From: Folioceros fuciformis
Taxonomy: Eukaryota
Assembly (NCBI GenBank): GCA_049999805.1
Contig: JBNGIO010006294.1
Coordinates: 139,108-203,107, forward strand
Direction: 5' to 3'
Length of the DNA stretch: 64,000 bases
Shown: positions 25,677-39,361 of the stretch, piece after piece
Position numbering within the stretch: position 1 is the first letter of the stretch
How the letters are laid out: each line of letters begins with the position of its first letter
Notes under the pieces: model-generated
The model's database searches: none
What the model was told of the DNA's origin: nothing
Seen by the model: the letters and a program-made list of their open reading frames with translations, nothing else
Translations under genes and position numbers: made by a program

Positions 25677-25720
25677 CATGAGTGACCTACCAGCATGAGT
25701 GACTACCAGCATGAGTGACC
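25677..25720. repeat. short tandem repeat, CATGAGTGAC core x3 (16-17 bp period)
   Basis: catgagtgacctaccagcatgagtgactaccagcatgagtgacc. Confidence 0.9.
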
Positions 25721-25914
25721 ACCGGCGGTCCCTTGCACTGCAAGGGCACGGGACCAGAAAAGCTCTTACAACATTCGTGCGAAAACCTTCACAGAGTTGT
25801 TGATTCCGCTACATACTTGTCCAATGTAGGGCAGCCTTCATGGAATAGTACAGGAGGAACAGCTCATACCACCTGCACCGTGCAAATGAGCATGTAATGC
25901 AGTCAAAAGCGAGC

Positions 25915-26650
25915 GCCACATTCTGTGAATCAGCTCAGCCTGCCAGTTGCTGCGCACAAGGGGATGACATAAGAGGTCAAGCCTCCTCCAAAACGTACAT
26001 CCACGTCACACAAGACCAGAGCTTTGCCTGCAGTAATGGCTTTGGCTAGATTTTCTAAGCGGATCTGCACAGGAAGGGAACGACCGGTGAAGTTCGAGCT
26101 CACTCAGATTACGCAACCAAGCTCCTCTCATTCACGTGATCCCTTTCACACATTTGCAGAACCTGCTTGCAGTCATTTCTGTGGTTTGCCATTTTACGCA
26201 GTTGGAAGGAGCTGTTTCGCTGGAAATCTGTGTGTGACACTCCTCCTAAGCCCATCTCCGTGCTCATTGCCTCTGAGAACAACGCAGTTGAAAAGGAATC
26301 AGTCCAGCGTCCAACATCCTGATTGTATCTGCCTTGAGGCGCTTCCCTGCAGCTAAAACTTCTGATTCTCGTGATCCCTATGGTCATATGGACTGGTCCA
26401 TACCACCATCAACAGCTCGAAGCAGATCCACCTTGCCTTGCTTATCAATATGCACACGTGCATAGTAGCCAGTGGCAAGCTTTCTCAGATCCAATATGTC
26501 GATCATTCTTACGCAGGACACCAAACTGCTGACAAGGGCCGTTTTCAACATGACCCAACCCAGACTTTGTGGAGACCACACAAGCCGCAGACAGCCTTCT
26601 GAAACAATTGGGTGTCTCCGGGAAGAACGATATTGCTTCTAATGGTCAGG
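25915..26650 (-). pseudogene. degenerate, internally deleted copy of the neighbouring MnmA gene
   Basis: KLATGYYARVHIDKQGKVDLLRAVDG and RYNQDVGR...HTDFQRN match 30311-30470 and 29455-29640. Intron sequence is also shared, the middle of the gene is missing, and there are frameshifts. Confidence 0.88.
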
Positions 26651-26759
26651 CCTGAACAGAATAAACCAACTTCACCAGGCTGATCCCGATAAAGTTCAAA
26701 TGAGAAGGACAACAAGTAGGACGGTATTTGTTTGGGCAGTGCGTAGAAAAGGGTTCCAG

Positions 26760-27990
26760 GCGTTCTTCAGAGTCACCAAATCTATGTGTCTGCACAGGCC
26801 TTCAAGTCCGTCCTCTCATAAGTCTTCAACCTGAAACATGACTCTAATTCCTTGCTTGGGAAGGACTCCAGGACCAACCAGAAATGAGCTAGCTCGTACA
26901 CAGTTGTATCCAACGTATGCAGACTAAATCAGCTTGAATTTCATAGCCTGTAGCATGTCCTCCGACGTGAAGATCCTACAGGCAGTCTGTGTGTCCCGTA
27001 TCAAGATCCCCAAGTGTCAAGCACATTCTTAAGTTTTAATTCTGATCAACACCCACGAGTTTCAGCACAAACACCTACCGCAGACGAAAGTTCTACGACA
27101 AGAGATACAAGGCATGCTACAGCTCACCAGCTAAAGCACGAACCACCAAGAATGGCTCCATGTAAGATTGCTAGCAGCAGCACGCACTGACTCTTCTACA
27201 TGGATACTATGCACTTCCGGCAACCTAGCATTAGCCGCTGAGATCCAAGAGCTTAAGCTGACAAACGTGCACAACCACCAGGTGACAGAGTTGCCTGCAT
27301 TATGCAAGAAGGGCAGTCACATACTCTTCCCACATTTCCACGATCGCAAATATGCACCTACCTGAGCAGGGTGAATCTCGTTTGTCGTTACAAGTGTGTG
27401 TCATTTCAAGCCCACTGAAAGAGAGTGAAAGAGATGCGCTTACCAGTGGAAGAGATGCGCGTTCTCGGAATGCAGCGCGATGTAGGCTGGTGCCGTGACG
27501 ATCCATGTAGAAGTGACCGCTTTGCCCGGCTCTCTCGATACCCTTAGGAGAGCTCTCCTATCTGGTGGACTTATTGTGTTGTGGAGATTCTGAAGCATGA
27601 CGACATTATCCTGAAAACGCATGAAAGCTTTGCACCTGGATCTTCCCCAACCCTGGTATCGTCGACACTTCAGACAATTTCATGGGACCTCATCCACCGC
27701 CACGTCGTTTTCACCCTTTTCCCTGTCATTCAAAGATGTGCAGCCTCTTCTTTGTACAATCGACGACGCAAATCCGTAAACAACACTGGGATTTGGTTAG
27801 ACGATTTGTCCTGAATCATGCTCCATCAAAAGTAACCTGCTACGGAACACATCTTTTCGATTCCCTAGGTTACATATCAAAGGATCTAATTGAATAGGCA
27901 GAGACGACAATCTGAAATAGTTTGATTGAGCTCCCATCCCATCGCTTCCTTCGAAGGTTTTGAACTAAGCTGATCGACTTGCTGGAGCAA
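26760..27990 (-). pseudogene. degenerate copy of POP4
   Basis: Nucleotide similarity of 27215-27340 to 39850-39975 and of 27495-27560 to 40140-40205. Fragments EMWEEYVTALLA, LHGAIL and VLPKQGIRVMFQVEDL* carry stops and frameshifts. Confidence 0.85.
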
Positions 27991-28115
27991 CAACAGTGGC
28001 GGTGCGTGAAGCGTTTGCAATGAACGGTTGCGAAAGAAAGATTTAGAGATTGAAAAACAATTGTGCTGTGTGTACAACGTTAGGAGTCCAAAGCCGCCTA
28101 CATGTGCAGCCCGCT

Positions 28116-28847
28116 CTACAATATACCATGTGCGAACTGACTTGAACGCCTATTCGGGTTGATTACTTCCGTCTGGTAGACAGGAAAGATGAAGCCAAAC
28201 TGTTCCAAACTCTCATCGTCGATTCTGGTCTCTTCGCGCTCCACCATTTCGTCGTACCGCTGCAACCAATCCAAAGAATCCCATCCGTCAATCGCTCCGT
28301 TCATATCCTGATCCTCAGTGCGTTGGACGTAATCCGCATAGAGGCAGATAGCTTCAATTCGAGCGCATTGCTCGTCGATATGTGCCGAGATAATGGAGAA
28401 GTCGGAGTGCCGAGGGTCGAAGCGTTCCCCGATCTTAAGCCGAGTCTTTCCCACAACAAACAAGGGGAAGGGAGGTTCAAGCTCCCACGCTCCTGAAGGG
28501 AGACATAATTCCTCCACTTCGTACATAGTGCCGTAGGGATGCTCCTGGAAATCGCTCTTTAGAGACCGCATATGCGCAACCATCGTTTTGTACTGGTCAT
28601 CCATGCTCGAGAGCCGACTCCACTTCTCCGCCACAGTTTTCAGATCTTGATAGTATACAGGTTTCCTTCCGCATGCGTTGGCAAATTTGTCGAACTTGGC
28701 CAGGGCAGCTCCTCTTGCGGCATATCGGGAAATGTAGGCTCCCATAAGTCTCTTTCTGTCGATCACTACGCCGTTCTCGTAGTCGAAAGGGCACCAATCC
28801 CTTTCTAGCACCAGGTAGATAGGCCTGGGCCGGGTCACCTTCTCCAT
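28116..28847 (-). CDS. intronless 243-aa protein of unknown function
   Basis: Uninterrupted ATG-to-stop ORF with a good start context (GCCATGG) and globular composition. No family recognised. Confidence 0.6.
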   Translation of the reverse strand: MEKVTRPRPIYLVLERDWCPFDYENGVVIDRKRLMGAYISRYAARGAALAKFDKFANACGRKPVYYQDLKTVAEKWSRLSSMDDQYKTMVAHMRSLKSDFQEHPYGTMYEVEELCLPSGAWELEPPFPLFVVGKTRLKIGERFDPRHSDFSIISAHIDEQCARIEAICLYADYVQRTEDQDMNGAIDGWDSLDWLQRYDEMVEREETRIDDESLEQFGFIFPVYQTEVINPNRRSSQFAHGIL

Positions 28848-29198
28848 GGCGAACCAGAATCAGAATGAACAAGGTCTGCTAGCTGATCGGCCGACTCGGC
28901 AAGCTCTATTTGAGAGCTAGACGCTCAACTTGGCCCGGGACCTGTTTTCACCCTATGCGACCGTGCTATGAGGGGTGGTTCAACAGGGCTGTGCCGAAAT
29001 AAGCATTTACAAAAAACAAGTAATTGCCATATATTTGACAAGCCCTGAAGTGTTATTCGTACGAAAACCTGCCTAAGGTTACTCATGCAGAAGAAGTGAA
29101 AAGTTTACGCCCACTTGGGTCATCAAATTAAGGATCTAGATTCTTGAGCCGTACACGACGTATGCCTGTCTGGAAGGAGATTCAGTGAGAAAAGGGCC

Positions 29199-31303
<2,105 letters not shown>

Positions 31304-31504
31304 CTTCGTTCCCCTAACAAGGTGTACCAAGCACGTGACTCTCACAGATCCAAACCATCCATCCTTCCTGATGGTACAACCTAACTTGCTCTGCTAGCTG
31401 CCAGCTTCCACAGCAATCCCTGGTAGCAAACATGCTGCTCCACCTTCGAGCCCTCAGCATCCCAGCCCCTACAGACGTAACCGGAATCCCAAGCCCCAAA
31501 TCAT

Positions 31505-31729
31505 TCACTGTCGGAGTTCAAGGTGATCGAGCTCGGCTTTCAACTTCTCGAGCTCTGACAAGAAGCTGTAAAATTCTGGCACAGATAATTCCAGGTACAC
31601 GGGAGTATCATCCAACACAAGTTTCAGCTGCACAAAACAAGTCCCCACGGACTGGAGCTCGTCATTTGCTGCTGTCACGCCTAACCGCCATTCAAAATCC
31701 TGCAACGACGGCAACCACGCTGCTTCCAT
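31505..31729 (-). CDS. COMM-domain-only protein, COMMD7-like (74 aa from ATG 31729; alternative upstream ATG at 31828)
   Basis: LQDFEWRLGVTAANDELQSVGTCFVQLKL...VYLELSVPEFYSFLSELEK follows the COMM-domain pattern of COMMD7. Confidence 0.8.
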   Translation of the reverse strand: MEAAWLPSLQDFEWRLGVTAANDELQSVGTCFVQLKLVLDDTPVYLELSVPEFYSFLSELEKLKAELDHLELRQ

Positions 31730-31926
31730 CAGCACAACCAGAAGGACCGCATGCGCACCCGGCAAGCAAGACAAGAAGGGGGTCTCTTGTGAGAACGCGT
31801 TGGTTTTTGCCCATACGTATCGTGTCATGACAAATACATTTCAATAAAAACGAAATCTGAAAAAACTGGAGGAGACTTGGGACTGCCTGCCGGTGGATTG
31901 GGTGAAAGTGAAGTTGTGAGGCGAGC

Positions 31927-33515
31927 ATGGCCTGTGGTTCGCACATTGTGGCGGGTACATCTCGGCCCGCTCCCACAGTCATAGGCTGTTGTCTACACCA
32001 GGTTTGCGCGGCTGATGATGGAAATGTTAACGTTGAATGCGGACTGTGGGAGTAGCAAAATTTGGAGCATCATGTTCAGTGTTTGTTGGGTCCTTGGAAT
32101 GTTGCACAGATGCGAACATGGGGCTGCCAAGTAACGGGGCTGCACCTCGGCAGATCGTCTCCTCTGCACTCCAATCTTCTCTTTGAGTTGCAGCATCAAC
32201 GAACGTGAGTAACTAATCAGGCTCAACTGTTTGCAAGGAGCTATATCACGTTCGGTAGTTTCAGACTGGGTGGTGCGCCATTCTCTGACGGTGCTATGTC
32301 TCTGGTGACTGGTTCAGGGCCCTGAGGATTGCAACAAGGCTGCCAGTTCAGGGCAGGTTCTCGCCTCGAGCTGCCTCGTCTGGCAACGGTGGTACGTCTA
32401 TTCCCTGCAGCATGACATTTGTTTCAATGATAAGGACATCATTGTACTCTGAACGCTCAAAGTCTGTTCATGGGTGGATGGTTTCTGGCAGCGTTGAGCG
32501 TGGACGACAGTCCCGTCGAGCTGCGGTCCGCGGTGATTGTTGCTGAGCCACCCGAGGATCGGAAAATCAAAGTGAGGACTCTGTTGTGACAGGATGTACT
32601 AGACAGGTTCATTCCAAGAAGATGATATGTACATGATCTGAGGATTGACTGGTTCTGTGATCACTCAGATGCGGGTTGATGTGCCTGGCCAAGATACCCA
32701 GAGGGCATTTGACGTTCTATTGGCGGGACTAGCCAAGAACTCTCCCCCTGTCCCTGGTTTTCGCAAGTCAAAAGGAGGTAAGAGTCTACTGCACCAGCCT
32801 TCTGATGTGAAGGTGGTTAAATTTTGCCGAAATAGGTTCTGCCACACCCTCTCCGGCTGACATGCTGCCTCCACCGTGTGCTCATGGTCAACATCGCTTG
32901 GGTACCTGGTACCTGCCTGTGGTTATGCAACGCAGGCAAGACTGCAACGGTAATATGTTCTTCCTCGTCCAGGTGTCCACTTAGAATGCATCACATCTAG
33001 CTACAGACTTCCTCAGCTGGAAGCTCAGCAGATGATGTCTTTGTTTCTGTGCTCAGGTACCTAAAAATGTACTACTCCAGCTACTTGGTGCAAGCCGGGT
33101 GAGGAAGTTTGTAATCGAAGAAATTGTACGAAGTGCGCTAAGCAGCTATGTGAAGAAGGTCCGCTGCTACCCCCTTGTCTAAATACGGCAAACAGGACTG
33201 TACTTGATGTGTGCATACCGGACTCATCGTTTGTTGCTCTGTCCCTGTTGGCAATTCATCGCTGGTTGGTCTGTTCCTATTGGTGATTCACAGGAAAAGC
33301 TCCTGGTCAAGGATTCTCTGAAGACCTCGCAGAGCGCAGAGGAGTTGTACGGACTATTCGAACCTGGCAAGGATTTTGGCTTCGACGCCGAGATAGAGTT
33401 GGAAGAAACAAGCGTTGAATTAGACGATATCACCATAGGTCAAGATTCGAATATCATCAATACAACCATAAACGAGCTAGCCAAGAGTGAAGTGGAGACA
33501 ACTATCCAAGTGTAG
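31927..33515 (+). CDS. plastid-type trigger factor N-terminal (ribosome-binding) domain protein, multi-exon
   Basis: MRVDVPGQDTQRAFDVLL...PPVPGFRKSKGGK, VPKNVLLQLLG, FEPGKDFGFDAEIEL. First exon looks like a transit peptide. Confidence 0.82.
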
Positions 33516-33805
33516 GCGTCACGATTGCCTCTCAAGTTTTTCATGTACACTATCATTTTCAGTACTGAATGAGTGACAACTTCTGGTGGAATTATGAAGT
33601 TTGAATGAATCGAGGACTGCATCAACATGTCCGTTGGTCCCTGTAGTAAGCTAAACCGCCGCAGCCTGTCAACGTGTTTGTGCTGCAGACTGCAGAAAAG
33701 AATGTTTGTGTAAGAGTACATGAATGGAGGGAAAAGACATGGCACATACACCTTCGGCTTCGCAAGCCCAGCTTGCAATAGAGGCTCGCAGACCTCCAAG
33801 AACGG

Positions 33806-34705
33806 TCAAGACACGCGAGCCTGGGAAGACTGTTGCAAATTAACTCTCGAGCCATACCGCTCCATGACTTTCCTGGTTGCAAGAGCAGCAGCTTCGCTAG
33901 CGCTCAGGCTCCCGGCTGCCATGATTGCCGAAAACTCCCGGGTTATCTCTTCCTGCACCTTAGCCCTAGCATCTCCAAGCGGATCCTCCACAGGCACTGC
34001 TTCCTTCCCTGAAGCCTTCACATCAACCACTTCCTTGCTCTTGGCAGGACTCCCCGCCAGCTCCGCGGGCTTCACCTTTGGGATCTCCTTGGGCGGCGCC
34101 GGCGTGGTCACAACAACAGAGGGCTGGCCCGAAACCCTCGCATTCGTAATAGGGCTTGCAGGAGGAGGCACAGAGCGTGCAGCGGCAGGCGACGTCCCCG
34201 CCATGGGGCCAGGCAACATCTGCGGCACCTGAGGCACGCCCCCGTTCCTCAACGTGGTCTCTAAGCTCTGGATCATCGGCATTATGAGCGCACCGGTGGG
34301 ACTGCTCATCACCTCCTGCGGCAGCCGCAGAATGTCCTGAGGGATGCTGGTTCCAACAAGAAACTGTGCCACCTCCTCGCTGAAGTTGTTGCAATTGTGG
34401 TACATCAAACTGTAGGTCTCCGCCGTGTAGCGCGGGCCCATGCCCTCTAGGAATTCCTCAAACAGCTCCTTCGGCACCTGCGTGTAGCCAAGCTCCACCA
34501 CCCGCAGCGGTGTGCCATAGGGGCTCTCGCCCACGCCGTTCCGCTGTATCCCTCCCCCGAAGTAGAACTCCTCGCCATACACCACCACCCCGGTATGCCA
34601 GATGGCCTCTATTGTCTTCCCCAGAAAGGCCGCCGACAGCTGCCGGGCCAATCCTTGGCTCAGATCATACACATGAAGCCGCACCCTTTCTCCTTCCTCA
34701 GCCAT
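33806..34705 (-). CDS. DeSI/PPPDE family thiol peptidase (desumoylating isopeptidase-like), intronless
   Basis: VRLHVYDLS, IWHTGVVVYG.EFYFGG, YSLMYHNCNNFS (catalytic His/Cys). Confidence 0.93.
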   Translation of the reverse strand: MAEEGERVRLHVYDLSQGLARQLSAAFLGKTIEAIWHTGVVVYGEEFYFGGGIQRNGVGESPYGTPLRVVELGYTQVPKELFEEFLEGMGPRYTAETYSLMYHNCNNFSEEVAQFLVGTSIPQDILRLPQEVMSSPTGALIMPMIQSLETTLRNGGVPQVPQMLPGPMAGTSPAAARSVPPPASPITNARVSGQPSVVVTTPAPPKEIPKVKPAELAGSPAKSKEVVDVKASGKEAVPVEDPLGDARAKVQEEITREFSAIMAAGSLSASEAAALATRKVMERYGSRVNLQQSSQARVS

Positions 34706-35089
34706 GCTGTCCCGGAGCACTCCCGGCAGCGTCGCTGCAGCAACTTCCCGTGTCCGATCGCACAAAGGCAGAGCGCACGAATGCGAGCCCCGTCCAGGCA
34801 AGCGCGATGCAAGAAAAGACGTCGTCCCGCGAAGGAACCAGAGACCGGTGGCAGAATCTGGTTAAAGCTGCAGAGCGCGAGCTTTTAACGCGTTTCGGGT
34901 ACTGTAGCCCATTTCCGGTTGCCTTTCCCGAGTCTAGAAGCCTCCGGACTGTCCAAGAAAGCGTTCAGCAATTTCTTCGTAAGTCATTGATGCCACTGCT
35001 GCCTACGGTCCAAACGAACACGGAGACTTTAATCTTGAAACGAGATGAAAACGACAAATCCACCCCAGAAATACAAGGAGTAATGCCAT

Positions 35090-36700
35090 AAAGTTTATTC
35101 ATAATTTAATTATCATAAAAACAATTAATGTTTAAAAGGATATGAAAACACCTACTTATTATATTATTTAGATGGGAGATCCCATCCACCTCAACCAAGA
35201 GGGGAAGAGACACTTAGGGTGGCAAGAGAAAGGGAGGATGCTAGCCCCACAAAACCAGCCCTCTATGTACCTTCTCCTAAGATTGCATAGTTGGATTACC
35301 TTCTTCTAAGATTGCATGGTTGGATATAGTAACCTAAAACTCTGTTTGCTAATGTTGTCAAACCTGCACCAATAGCTAATGTAGATTATGTTTACTAGGG
35401 TTGTTTGTTAGGGTTCTTTGTAGAGTAGTAGAAACTTGCTGCTAAAGAAAGGGGGAGAAATCCATTCCTTTGCTTGTGAAACTTTCTTATTGAACATCCT
35501 TCCTCTACTTAGCAAAGCAGGTTGATTATGACATGTTCGTAAACAAAGTCTCTAATTGGGTTCATAAACTTGCTCTCCTTGATGAAAAAAAAAGATCGTC
35601 TAGAAGGAACCCACAAACTTGCTCTCCTTTAGTGAAAAAAAAAAAAAAAAAATTGGCTCAAAGGGAAACCCACTATATAATGCATACAGCATCTCTTTGG
35701 TCATCGAGAGCATCTTCCACCGTCTTATGTATAACAATGCATTGCTCTCAAGAGAACAATATATGAGGTGTGACGTGCAAACCAAAGTTATTAATGACCA
35801 CCCTATAATTCTGAACATAAAGAGTATGACAATTTTAAGAGAACCATGTAGAACTATTATTGTGGAAGGAATGGTATCTTTGCATTATTTTGGTCTATAT
35901 ATATGTGTGCTAGTCACTTATCAACATATCACATACTTAACAAAGTTGTCATATAGCATGTTGTTCTCAACTCCTCAAGTTGGGCCACAAAGGGAAGTGC
36001 TTCGGCCGGGGTTCACAAGCACACCCCTCTACACCTTGGAGACACCTTTATCCCCTTTCCATTGAGACCCATGCGCTCATGTGCAAAGGATTTTCCAAGG
36101 TTTTGAAGTCTTGCGCCAAGGTAGTTCACAGCAGAAAAAATAGGCTAGGTCTTCCTCTTTCATATGTTGTAGATTTTTTTGGCAAAGGATTTCCATTGCT
36201 GAATAGCGAGTGTTGGCTAATGCTACATACAAGACGACAACGTTGGTAAGTTGGTAAGTAGACGCTTTCTTCTCCCAGACAGACTATGATGTTTTAGGTG
36301 CTATTGGTAGTCATTAGGCTTGAGAGATAAGCCCCTAGTGTCCCTATCATGGTTTATCTCCCTCTTTGGGATGTAGATGGATTTTCCCATCTTGATTTAT
36401 CCTCATTTCGAATCTTCTTTTGTTCAAGTCCATGAAAGTGATGTACATTATTAAAAAAGATATAGAAAATCCCATCTACCACAAAGACTGAAAGGAGGGT
36501 TTAAGGTCAAAAGGAGTAGCCGCTCTGATAACCACATTTGGCTTTTTCTTTTAGGAACCAGTCCCGATATGCAAATATTAGGCTTTGGACATAGGATTTG
36601 GACACACATTACATATTACATTTGTTAAACCTGGTTATAAGCATACCACTCTTCGATTGTCAAGGGAGTAGATGGCCTTGGTGCTAAGTATATGAGCTAA
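35090..36700. mobile_element. AT-rich TE-derived remnant
   Basis: Abrupt drop in GC, poly-A runs, and a PBS-like TGGTTATCAGAGC on the minus strand at 36522-36534. No intact ORF. Confidence 0.4.
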
Positions 36701-37380
36701 GCAAAGCAATGAACAATGTGAAACGACGTTGGACGATTTCTTCACCAGAATCTAGAAGCAACATCTCAAGCTGGCAGGACTACCAGCTCCAACTCGACTT
36801 TGGTGATCATAAGCTAGTGCTTCCATCAAGAGATGGATCGGACCATCGAAGCACTTCGCCCGGTTCTTCGATTATTATTCCCAAAAGTCACATATTTGTC
36901 ACTGACTTCGATGATGGCGTTTTAGAGTTGGGGAGAGGTATTGCACATGTGCTGGGTGGCGTTTCCGACTGCATATCGACCTCAAAATGAGCAACTTCGA
37001 GAGGAAATCTTTCCTTCGACAGGATGCCAACTTGGAGGGATCGGAATTGCTCCTTCCTTGAAGTATGGAGTGCTGCCAGTCAGGTGAGGGTGCCAGAGGA
37101 GGACATGGTGACTTTCCGGATTGCCGTCTCAAAGAGAAGAGACGAACCCAATCTCAGAAAATTCATAGCTGAAGGCAGGTGGCTTGCTTGCATTTTTCTC
37201 AACAGACTTTAATATGGTGGGAAACTTAAATTACATGCATGCAGATCTATGGGCAACTTTGCTTGTCCTCAACTTTGTTGGACAGTTCCTCCAAGATGCT
37301 GTCATCACAGCCAGTTAGTTCTAGATTTTATTCATCCCAGCAAACACTGACCTCGTGTGCCATGCAAGGCATTGCACGCT

Positions 37381-38057
37381 TCAGAAAGGCAGGCTTGGTG
37401 GTGCAGCTTCAGGGTGGTTGGGCTGGAGCTGCGGAGGGGCCTGGCTGGTCCCTGGCTCCGGAGGCGGCGGGGGAGCGGGGTCGTTCTCCTTCTTATTTGT
37501 ATGCTTTTCCTCCGGCTCGCACTCCTGCTCCTGAACAAAGCTGCTGCCGATTCTGATTTCGAAGAACTTGGGCCTCTGAGCATGTGGGATAGGGCATTTG
37601 GGAACCAGAACCGTCAAGACGCCGTCCTGGCAAGCCGCGGCGATGAGCGTGTTCTCCACGCCAGAAGGGAGAGTAAACTTGCGCACGAACTTTCCCACCC
37701 TTCTCTCCTTCTGCAGGTACCTGGACTCGGGCCTTTCGGGGACCTCATCCCGGGTGCGCTCTCCGCTCAGGATGAGCACACAGTCGTTCTCAATCCGCAC
37801 CTGCAAGGCACGGCCATGCCCCAATCCCGATCAGACCAGCTCATGATTAGGGCCTCAGCAAGTGCTCCCGCACTCCATCCCCAAAACTGCTTGCTTTGGA
37901 ATACGGTTTCGCCGAATTGAAAGCTCCCGCGAAGGTAGACCTAGGATCTTACAGAACAGTCATGAGGTTTGAGGCCAGGCACATCTGCGACGAAGACGTA
38001 GCAATCCGGAGTCTCCCTCACGTCCACGTCGGGCGGAATGACCGCCGGCCCAGTCAT
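37381..38057 (-). CDS. small heat shock protein (HSP20/alpha-crystallin), 2 coding exons, with a Pro-rich C-terminal extension; start uncertain
   Basis: DVRETPDCYVFVADVPGL, an intron at about 37802-37952, then VLILSGER...ERRVGKFVRKFTLP...CQDGVLTVLVPK. Confidence 0.88.
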
Positions 38058-39361
38058 TGCTGAGGCGCTGAGGGCATTGGACGACAGATGCGAATTCGCA
38101 ACCTACAGAAACCCGAGGATGCTGATGCCGGCATTCCAATCCCCCCTCCCTGCTGCATGGACTCTCGTGAATCTGCTCCTCCGTTTCCCGGACTTCACAA
38201 TCGCTCCTTCTTTTGCTCCTCGGGAACAGAAGAAGGAAGGCAGCAACGGGAACATGTCCGCCAGTTATGACATTCCCAACCCGTTGCTCTGAAACTCGAC
38301 TTCACACGGACACTGTGAACTTCCACTGTTTATGGCTACGATTTGCTTGTCTTATTTAGGGCTTTTTTTCTTCCGTTTAGGGTTACATACTCTTCCGAGC
38401 CCCTCTTGCAGTGCAAGCTCGTCAAGCCATGATGGTAACGTCAGATAGTAGCTACGAACACACATGTGCAGAGTACACGAGGACAGCCTTTCAACTGGCA
38501 CCACTGTCTCCTCTACTGACATCTTGTTGACAAAACATCACTGAGGCTCAACCTGTCGCTAGCCCTCGAAAGGGAACTTGTTCTCCTCAGGCATACACTG
38601 TTCAATGACATACATCTTGGTTTCTGTACCGGGCGTCGTCCTCATGGATAAATAGGAAGTTGTGTTGAGACTTCGGCTGCAACACCGGCAATACGTCAAG
38701 GGGGGCGCAAGCTTTTTCTTCCTTTGGCCCGAATTATCTCCTTCAAGAGTGGGGCCCCTTGCTGCAAGAAGAGGGCCATAAACCGCTCCATTCCCGGCCT
38801 TGATGACAGGAATGAGTCTTGCAGGTGCTGCAGATGACAACCATGCCGGGACGGGGAACATGACAAATATCTTCCTGGAGCTGGGCACAAGGACCAGCGA
38901 ATATCCCAGACCTTCCGGCTCAGACCCTCCTTCTCCGGAGTGGCATCCTGACCATGGCCCCCAGCTTCTCAGCGTGTGAGAACGGCAGTCCCACGGCACA
39001 CCAACTCATCCAATCCAATGGCAGTGGCCTAGCACATTTTCCCGCGCATGCAGGCAGCTGTGACAAGCGGGCCAAAGCAGAGGCTCGTTGATGAGGCCCA
39101 CGGTCAGTGTGGCGGGGGTTCAACATTCCACCGCTACGGTGTAGTACTCCCATCTTCCACCTTGCAGCTAACACCCAGAGCCGTCAAAGGAATTTAATGC
39201 ACGGGTCGGAAAGGAGATTCATCCACTGCAAAAATCATGCACAGCTTAGTACAAAATGCATATGTTGTACAGTTTACATGTTGAGCCCGATCACGTTGAA
39301 ATGGAAGAGACACGAAGAAGAAAACAGGTGTACCAGGGCAGAATTGGGTTCCAAGCATTCT

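Noticed and set aside
38559-38999. 146-aa minus-strand ORF between HSP20 and POP4
   Set aside because: Non-ATG start and no recognisable motif.
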